This document shows positions 58,186-64,000 of a stretch of DNA of 64,000 nt, one piece after another (the first letter of the stretch is position 1; the number at the start of each line of letters is the position of its first letter). A model generated the notes under the pieces. That model made no database searches. It was not told the DNA's origin and was given only the letters and a program-made list of their open reading frames with translations. A program made the position numbers and the translations under genes. This DNA comes from Nitrosopumilaceae archaeon (GTDB taxonomy: Archaea; Thermoproteota; Nitrososphaeria; Nitrososphaerales; Nitrosopumilaceae), in NCBI GenBank assembly GCA_965203465.1, contig CBDBCR010000002.1, positions 99,876 to 163,875 of the forward strand. The letters run 5' to 3'.

Positions 58186-59507
58186 AGCGCGATCCTGTAG
58201 TAGTCCCACCTTTCGGGATCGAACTTTGCCACGAATTCCACGCCCTCTTCGACGGCCATCCTCCTCTCTATGACGTCCCTGAGCCCAAAGCTGGTCATGT
58301 ACTTGAAGCCCATCGAGGAGGCCTGCATCACTATGAGGTGGCGCATCTCGCTGCCGCCGCGCAGTCCCCAGTAGCCCATCTTGAGCGCTATCGGCTCCAG
58401 AAACAGCGTGTTGCCCAGGCCGCAGTTCTCGTCGCCTGTCTTTTCCCGCAGGTCGTATGCCTCCAGCGGCCCGCCCTTTGCGAAGCCTATCACGGGGCCG
58501 GCGGGCCCGCCGCGCCTGAGCGTGTTCAGAACGTAGCGCGGATCGGCGACAGTCTCACTGAACGTCTCGCGCGTGATCTGCAGCGGGCGCGGCAGCTCGT
58601 CGTATATGGACAGCAGCCGGTCGGCGAACCCGGCCTCCGAGCGCTCGTCGGCCCTCTCTATCTTGGGCACCAGTTTCAGGTCGTCGAACATGTACTCGGA
58701 CTGTATCCGTATCTCCTCCTGCCTGAGGCGCAGGAACGCCTGGACGGTGTCGAAAAAACTCCTGCGCATCGGGGTGGGCATGGCGCGCAGCACGTACTGG
58801 CACATGCGGGCCTCGGCGTTGAGCAGGTCGTCGAAATACGCGACCGCCCTGCGCACGATGAGGGCCGGGTGCCAGGCCGAGGCGTGCGCGTTCATCTTGG
58901 CCATCTCCATGGCCTTTGCAAAGTCGCCCATCGCGTACCCCGCCACCCTGTCGACCACCGAGAGCACCCACCCGAGCCGCTCTATCTTCTGGCGGCGGGC
59001 CGGCTCGCCGCCGCCGGCCTCCCACCTGTCGAGGCACTCTCTTATCGCGCGCTCGGCCGAGGCCCGCGGCGAGTCGTGCCACGGGTACGTGGTCCTCATT
59101 ATCATGGCCTTTACCACGTCCTGGTCTATGTGTGCAGATCGCATCAGCTCCCCGAGGTCGGCGTCCTGCGACATGTACCGAACCACGCTCTCCTCGTGGG
59201 GCTTGTCGACGCTCTTTTCGGGGTCGAAGTCGTGCAGCAGGGCCGCGACGAACAGGTGCCGCGCCTCGTATTCGTCTATCTCCCCCTCGCGCATGTAGTG
59301 GCGGCAGACCACGAGGGTGCCGTACACCACCTCCAGCTCGTGGTCTATGTTGTGGTACCCGTAGTACCCCGAGCCCATGCCGCGCGACTCGAACAGGTCG
59401 GCCGTGTAGTCGAGCATGAGGCCGTAGCACGGATCGCCCAGCCCGCACTCGGGGCGCAGGGCGTCTATCCTGTCGAGCAGGGCGTGGCGCGCCGCCAGTC
59501 TCTGCAT
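58182..59507 (-). CDS. HD-domain protein
   Basis: YHNIDHELEV, ALLHDFD, HEE, VVDR motifs. Confidence 0.85.
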   Translation of the reverse strand: MQRLAARHALLDRIDALRPECGLGDPCYGLMLDYTADLFESRGMGSGYYGYHNIDHELEVVYGTLVVCRHYMREGEIDEYEARHLFVAALLHDFDPEKSVDKPHEESVVRYMSQDADLGELMRSAHIDQDVVKAMIMRTTYPWHDSPRASAERAIRECLDRWEAGGGEPARRQKIERLGWVLSVVDRVAGYAMGDFAKAMEMAKMNAHASAWHPALIVRRAVAYFDDLLNAEARMCQYVLRAMPTPMRRSFFDTVQAFLRLRQEEIRIQSEYMFDDLKLVPKIERADERSEAGFADRLLSIYDELPRPLQITRETFSETVADPRYVLNTLRRGGPAGPVIGFAKGGPLEAYDLREKTGDENCGLGNTLFLEPIALKMGYWGLRGGSEMRHLIVMQASSMGFKYMTSFGLRDVIERRMAVEEGVEFVAKFDPERWDYYRIAL

Positions 59508-59574
59508 GCGGGCCGGGGCCCCCCGTGCCCTTAAAAGTAATGCGTTTTAATACCTCGGGCGCCCGCCGCCCCGC

Positions 59575-59889
59575 GTGCCTTGGACGGTGAGCGTGGGGGG
59601 TAGGCGCTTCGAGGCCTCTTTGGAGGGATCGTCGATCGGGCCCACGCCGGTGCGAAAGGCCGGCCTGCGCGGGGGCGCGTACCTTTCGGGCACCGATGCC
59701 GAGCTTCTCGAGTGCACCGTGCGCGACCCCGCCGTGTTGCCGCTGCTCACGCGCGCGATGCTCGGCCCCAGCGCCGACTTTGAGGAGATCGTGGCAGAAT
59801 CGCCGGGCGGCAGGCGCGTGAGGGCGCACCTTGCAAGCTACGTGGAAAAGGGCGGCGCGGTGCGCCTCCGCCTCGTCGTCGACGGCTAG
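59575..59889 (+). CDS. Hypothetical protein
   Basis: TTTTAATA box upstream; PTPVRK...RGG.Y.S motif. Confidence 0.6.
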   Translation: MPWTVSVGGRRFEASLEGSSIGPTPVRKAGLRGGAYLSGTDAELLECTVRDPAVLPLLTRAMLGPSADFEEIVAESPGGRRVRAHLASYVEKGGAVRLRLVVDG

Positions 59890-60248
59890 CCGGACAGCTC
59901 TTCGTAGGCGGAGTTTATGCGGGCCATGCGCTCGGCCGCGCCCTCCGAGCTGTCCCTGTCGGGGTGGTTCTCCCTCGCGAGCCGGCGGTACCTCTCGCGC
60001 ACCTGGCCTGCCGTGGCGCCCGGCTCCAGGCCCAGCGCCTCGTAGGCCCACCGCGGCCTTTGGCGCATCTGCTCGTCGCCGCCCCAGTCCGAGGCGTACT
60101 TTTCGCGGTCGCGGTCCCTCTGCGATTCGAGCTCTTCTTCGTCGTAGTCGGTCTTGCGGCGCAGTATCGCGTCGCGCGCGAGGTATACGGCGACGGCGAA
60201 GGCGCCGGCGCCGAACGCGGCTAGCACCGCCGCCTGCACAGGATCCAT
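59886..60248 (-). CDS. Membrane-anchored J-domain (DnaJ-like) protein
   Basis: YEALGL..YRRLARENHPD..INSAYE motif. Confidence 0.9.
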   Translation of the reverse strand: MDPVQAAVLAAFGAGAFAVAVYLARDAILRRKTDYDEEELESQRDRDREKYASDWGGDEQMRQRPRWAYEALGLEPGATAGQVRERYRRLARENHPDRDSSEGAAERMARINSAYEELSG

Positions 60249-60251
60249 GGC

Positions 60252-60734
60252 TCAGGTCAGCCTGTAGTCTTCCTTTACCGTGTTGAGCACCAAGCGCGTG
60301 ACCGTGTTGGTGATGTCGGGCACCTTTGCGAGGCCCTTTACGAAAGAGTCCAGCTCCGGCCTGCCCCTGAACTTTGCGATCACGACGATGTCCGTATCGC
60401 CTGTCACGTCGTAGACGCCGCAGACGCACTCCATGGTGGCCAGCCTCTTTTCGACCGCGTGGATGCCCGATCTCGTGGCCACCTCGACGACGGCGGTCAG
60501 CTCGTAGCCCAGCTTTTCGTGGTCTAGCTGCACCGTGTACCCGCGCACGATGCCGGCCTCCTCCATCTTTTTCACCCTGGAGATGACCGTGACGGTGGAC
60601 ATGCCGAGCCTCAGGCCCAGCTGCCTAGCCGACATGCGCCCGTCGGCCGTCAGGGTGTTGAGTATCCTCATGTCGGCCTCGTCGCCGGCCCACTCTCTGG
60701 GGACGCGCCTCTTGGGCTTTCTCGCTTTGGCCAC
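60252..60734 (-). CDS. Lrp/AsnC transcriptional regulator
   Basis: D.RIL..L..DGR.S...LG.S..TV..RV..ME..GIV.GY HTH; YDVTGDTD motif. Confidence 0.92.
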   Translation of the reverse strand: MAKARKPKRRVPREWAGDEADMRILNTLTADGRMSARQLGLRLGMSTVTVISRVKKMEEAGIVRGYTVQLDHEKLGYELTAVVEVATRSGIHAVEKRLATMECVCGVYDVTGDTDIVVIAKFRGRPELDSFVKGLAKVPDITNTVTRLVLNTVKEDYRLT

Positions 60735-60786
60735 CGGGAAGCGGGGGCCGTAAAATCTATTTAAGCATTGGCCGGGGCCCCGTTCT

Positions 60787-60999
60787 GTGGACGCTTCGGG
60801 AGTGCGGGGGCTGCTGATGGAAGGCAGGTTCGAGCTGGCCGCAAAAGAGGCGGAAGAGGCCCTGCGCGCAGACCTCGGAAACGCCGACCTGTGGAACGCG
60901 AGGGGGGCAGCGCTGCGCAGCCTGGGCCTGGTCTCGGAGGCCGAAAAATGCTTCGCCGAATCTCTGCGCCTCGAGCCGCGCGACCGCGCCTCCTCCTAA
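60787..60999 (+). CDS. Small TPR protein
   Basis: ADLWNARGAALRSLG...EA..CF..SL.LEP motif. Confidence 0.8.
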   Translation: MDASGVRGLLMEGRFELAAKEAEEALRADLGNADLWNARGAALRSLGLVSEAEKCFAESLRLEPRDRASS

Positions 61000-61148
61000 A
61001 AGACGGAGACGTCGCCGGGGGCCGCGCCGCGCTCCGAGCCGGGCCGCGCGCCGTGCTCCTTTTCCTGGTGGCAGCGCAACTGCTCCATGGTGGCAAAGCC
61101 GGCGTGGCACAGGTAGCACTTTGGCTCGGATTCGCGCGAGAGGGGCAT
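60996..61148 (-). CDS. 50-aa C2H2 zinc-finger microprotein
   Basis: MPLSRESEPKCYLCHAGFATMEQLRCHQEKEH...; TATAAATA about 30 bp upstream, shared with the divergent gene. Confidence 0.75.
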   Translation of the reverse strand: MPLSRESEPKCYLCHAGFATMEQLRCHQEKEHGARPGSERGAAPGDVSVF

Positions 61149-61207
61149 GACCACGGGATCCGCGCGGCTCGCGCCGTATTTATAGCAAGGCCGGGCCGCG
61201 CCCTGCG

Positions 61208-62317
61208 TTGGAGGCGCGCGGCGCGCTGCGGGATCTGCAGTCCAGATCCCACGCGCTCGACAAGATAGTGGCAGGCGAGCGGGTCTCGGTCAGCGAGGGC
61301 GCCGCGGCGCTGAGCGAGGACGTCCACGCGCTCGGCGCGGCGGCCGACGAGGCCCGCGCGGCGCGCTGCGGCGACGACGTCACGTTCGTGGCCTCGTACT
61401 ACATGAACTACACCAACGTCTGCGCTGCCAGCTGCCAGATGTGCGCGTTTTACCGCAAAAAGGGGCAGGAGGGCGCGTACACGCTGACGCCCGAGCAGAT
61501 AGAAGGGCGCGCCGTCGCGGCGGAGCAGATGGGCGCCACCGAGGTGCACATCGTCGGCGGGTTCCACCCGGATCTCCCGCTAGAATACTACGAGCAGATG
61601 CTGCGCTCGATAAAGTCGCGCAGCCCGTCCCTGCACGTAAAGGCGTTCACGGCGGCCGAGGTCTTCTTCATGGCGAGGCTGACGCGCAACAGCGTGCGCG
61701 AGGTGATATCGCGCCTCAAATCGGCCGGCCTCGGCTCCATGCCGGGCGGGGGCGCCGAGCTGTTCCACCCCGACGTGCGCGGCCAGATAGTGCGCGGCAA
61801 GTGCACGGGGGAGCAGTGGCTCGAGACGGTCCGCGAGGCGCACGGGCAGGGCGTGCGCAGCAACGTGACCATGCTGTACGGCCACATCGAAAAGCCCGAG
61901 CACGTGGTGGACCACCTGCTCCGGGTGCGCCGGCTGCAGGAAGAGACCGGCGGCTTTATCACGTTCATACCGCTAAAGTTCAGCAAGGACAACACGGATC
62001 TGGAAAGAGAGCACCACGTCGAGCACGAGTGCTCCAGCCTGTACGACCTGCGCGTGGTGGCCCTCTCGCGCCTGCTGCTCGCAGGCGCCCTGGACAACAT
62101 CTCCGTATATTGGGTGGCGTACGGCAAAAAGGTCGCGCAGGTGGCCCTCTCGCACGGGGGCAACGACATGGTGGGGACCGCCTTTTCCGAAGAGATCTAC
62201 CGCGCGGCCGGCAGGCCCGCCGAATCCTCCATAGACGAGCTCGCCGGGCTCATACGCGCGGCCGGCAGGCGCCCGGTGCAGCGAGACACGTTCTTCAGGC
62301 CCCTTCGGAGCCTCTGA
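61208..62317 (+). CDS. mqnE: CofH/MqnC/MqnE-family radical SAM protein (probably aminofutalosine synthase)
   Basis: NYTNVCAASCQMCAF (CxxxCxxC), EVHIVGG, MPGGGAE, TMLYGHIE motifs. Confidence 0.75.
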   Translation: MEARGALRDLQSRSHALDKIVAGERVSVSEGAAALSEDVHALGAAADEARAARCGDDVTFVASYYMNYTNVCAASCQMCAFYRKKGQEGAYTLTPEQIEGRAVAAEQMGATEVHIVGGFHPDLPLEYYEQMLRSIKSRSPSLHVKAFTAAEVFFMARLTRNSVREVISRLKSAGLGSMPGGGAELFHPDVRGQIVRGKCTGEQWLETVREAHGQGVRSNVTMLYGHIEKPEHVVDHLLRVRRLQEETGGFITFIPLKFSKDNTDLEREHHVEHECSSLYDLRVVALSRLLLAGALDNISVYWVAYGKKVAQVALSHGGNDMVGTAFSEEIYRAAGRPAESSIDELAGLIRAAGRRPVQRDTFFRPLRSL

Positions 62318-62618
62318 ACGAGGCGAGGTGGCGCCGGACCGACTCCACCTTGTCCTCGAGCGACGCGTCGCGGTCGTACCTGCAGTCCAGCTTTAACTGG
62401 GCGCCGACGCGCTCCGCCCCCAGGGCGCGCACCGCCGAGACCATCTTTCCGACCGCCTCGAGAACCGTCTCGAGCCTGTCCGACTCGAGCAGCGTGCCCA
62501 TGGGCGACAGCTGCAGGCGCAGGCCCTCCATGCCCTCGACTGATTCGACCGCGCGCGCTACGTAAAAGCCCATGCTCGTCGCGCCGGCCGGGTGTATGCT
62601 GACCTCGGCGTGTATCAA
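62295..62618 (-). CDS. MTH1187/thiamine-binding family protein
   Basis: AEVSIHP, PMGTLLE, LKLD.R.D....LEDKVESV motifs. Confidence 0.85.
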   Translation of the reverse strand: MIHAEVSIHPAGATSMGFYVARAVESVEGMEGLRLQLSPMGTLLESDRLETVLEAVGKMVSAVRALGAERVGAQLKLDCRYDRDASLEDKVESVRRHLASFRGSEGA

Positions 62619-62619
62619 G

Positions 62620-62901
62620 TCACACCCCGACTTCGGGCTTTTTGCGCATGTCGGCGGCCCCCTTTTTGCGCCTGCGCGCGCCGAACGATATGATGACCAG
62701 CAGCATCCCTATCCCGGCCACGATGCCGGCGAGCGTCCCCATGTCCTGCATCTCTTGCTGGCGCATCACCAGCTCGAGAGCCTCCTCCTCGGTTATGCCG
62801 GGCCCCGCAGTGGGGGAGGCGGAGCCGATGTACGCGGACAGCGATATGCCGACGGCCAGCATGGCGAGCCCGCCGGCTAGGAGGCGCCTGTCTATCAGCA
62901 C
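62620..62901 (-). CDS. Small two-TM membrane protein
   Basis: Two hydrophobic helices and a basic tail. Confidence 0.75.
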   Translation of the reverse strand: MLIDRRLLAGGLAMLAVGISLSAYIGSASPTAGPGITEEEALELVMRQQEMQDMGTLAGIVAGIGMLLVIISFGARRRKKGAADMRKKPEVGV

Positions 62902-63271
62902 GCGACCTGTCGCTCCCGGCCGTATTTAATCCTGACCTGGCCGGCTCCGGCACTAGCCCGCCTCCGGCGGGCAAAACGGCGGCGTCCGGAAGGCGGGCGC
63001 GCCCGGTTGGCCCGCGCCGCCTCCAGGGATGCGGGGATGCGCATCGTCCGCGGCCGCTGCCGCAGATCCGAATCTGCCGCATGCGGCAGCCGGAAAAAGA
63101 GCGGCGAAAATTCGGCCAACGCGCCGGCATGTTCTGGTCGGGGCCGGCCGCGCCCGGGTTTTTTCGCGCCGCTGCGGGTTCTTGCAGGGCTCCGTCCGAG
63201 CGATCCCTCCGCCGGCGCCCGCGCCGCTCGGTTGTGGGGCGGTTTATACGTGGCAGGATTGGCCGCGCGCC

Positions 63272-63682
63272 GTGGAGACCGACGGCCATACCGACGGGCA
63301 GATCCGAGCCGTGCTGTCGGGCAGGCGACTCGCGGTGATCGGCATGTCGTCCGATCCGGCAAAGGACGCGCACCGCGTCCCGGCCTACCTCGCCTCGCGA
63401 GGCTATTCGGTACTCCCGGTCAACCCCAACGCCGGCAGCATACTGGGAAAAAGGGCGCTGCCCGACGTCTCGGGGGCCGGCCCGGTCGATACGGTGGTGG
63501 TGTTCCGCCCCTCCGGGAGGGTGCGGGAGCTCGTCCCGTCGATACTCTCGGCGCGCCCCAAGGCGGTGTGGCTGCAGCGGGGCATACACGATCCCGCGTC
63601 CGAAAAAACAATTCGATCCGCCGGCATCGACGTGGTCTTCGACCGCTGCATGATGTCCGAGCACGCGAGGCTGGCCGCATGA
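63272..63682 (+). CDS. CoA-binding protein (YccU family)
   Basis: AVIGMS.DP.K.A..V..YL...GY.V.PVNP, VWLQ.GI, DRC motifs; TTTATA box upstream. Confidence 0.9.
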   Translation: METDGHTDGQIRAVLSGRRLAVIGMSSDPAKDAHRVPAYLASRGYSVLPVNPNAGSILGKRALPDVSGAGPVDTVVVFRPSGRVRELVPSILSARPKAVWLQRGIHDPASEKTIRSAGIDVVFDRCMMSEHARLAA

Positions 63683-64000
63683 ACATCGACGAGCTGGCCT
63701 CGGTGCTCGAAGAGGCCGCGCGCTCGGCGGGCCTCGAGGTCCGCACCGTCTCGATGCCCGGCTCCGTGCAGGTGGTGCCGCCAGGCTCCACGCCGCTGTT
63801 GCGGGCCCGCGCGGCCCTCGAAGAACTCGACGCGCTGGCGCTGGACACCGCCGAGCACCACCCGTACTGGGAGCACCTGTCGCTGTGCTGCCAGATAGCC
63901 CGGGCGGTGCTGGACGGCTGGGAGACGGAGGTGTCCGCAGAGGACGCGGGGCACGCGCGCCGCTGCTCCGACAAGCTCTCCGAGTCGTGCTCGCGGCCTC
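63679..64000 (+). CDS. Hypothetical protein, truncated by the window end
   Basis: ATGA overlap with the upstream gene; open to the end (MNIDELASVLEEAA..HHPYWE..). Confidence 0.7.
   Translation, partial: MNIDELASVLEEAARSAGLEVRTVSMPGSVQVVPPGSTPLLRARAALEELDALALDTAEHHPYWEHLSLCCQIARAVLDGWETEVSAEDAGHARRCSDKLSESCSRP

Overview
High-GC archaeal chromosomal segment, most consistent with an ammonia-oxidising thaumarchaeote (Nitrosopumilaceae, Cenarchaeum-like). This is inferred from archaeal aRF1, Tsr3, a Hjc-like resolvase, DUF371, Lrp/AsnC regulators and TATA boxes about 25 bp before apparently leaderless starts. Bases 1-18.8 kb hold an array of paralogous giant (about 1800 aa) secreted proteins, three complete and one partial. 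Each complete copy has a signal peptide ending AEA|H, a hypervariable N-terminal beta-rich domain with a conserved N-terminal His plus HxH (His-brace-like), a repetitive Ig-like stalk, an HFS motif resembling autoproteolysis sites, and a highly conserved C-terminal domain. Copies 2 and 3 are patchily homogenised, and copy 3 has a G13 tract between its TATA box and start codon. The rest is mostly housekeeping genes (purK, purE, ilvA, ilvD, aRF1, tsr3, MqnE/CofH-like radical SAM, two SNF2 helicases). Between purK and purE lies a roughly 10 kb block with an AbiE type IV toxin-antitoxin pair, a SixA-Ppx-Tmk-Tmk operon and a mosaic Type ISP restriction-modification gene preceded by a 5x10 bp repeat. 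There are also two decayed IS relics and several Cys/His-rich microproteins. I recognised no rRNA, tRNA or CRISPR array. Family calls come from motif recognition by eye; no database searches were run.
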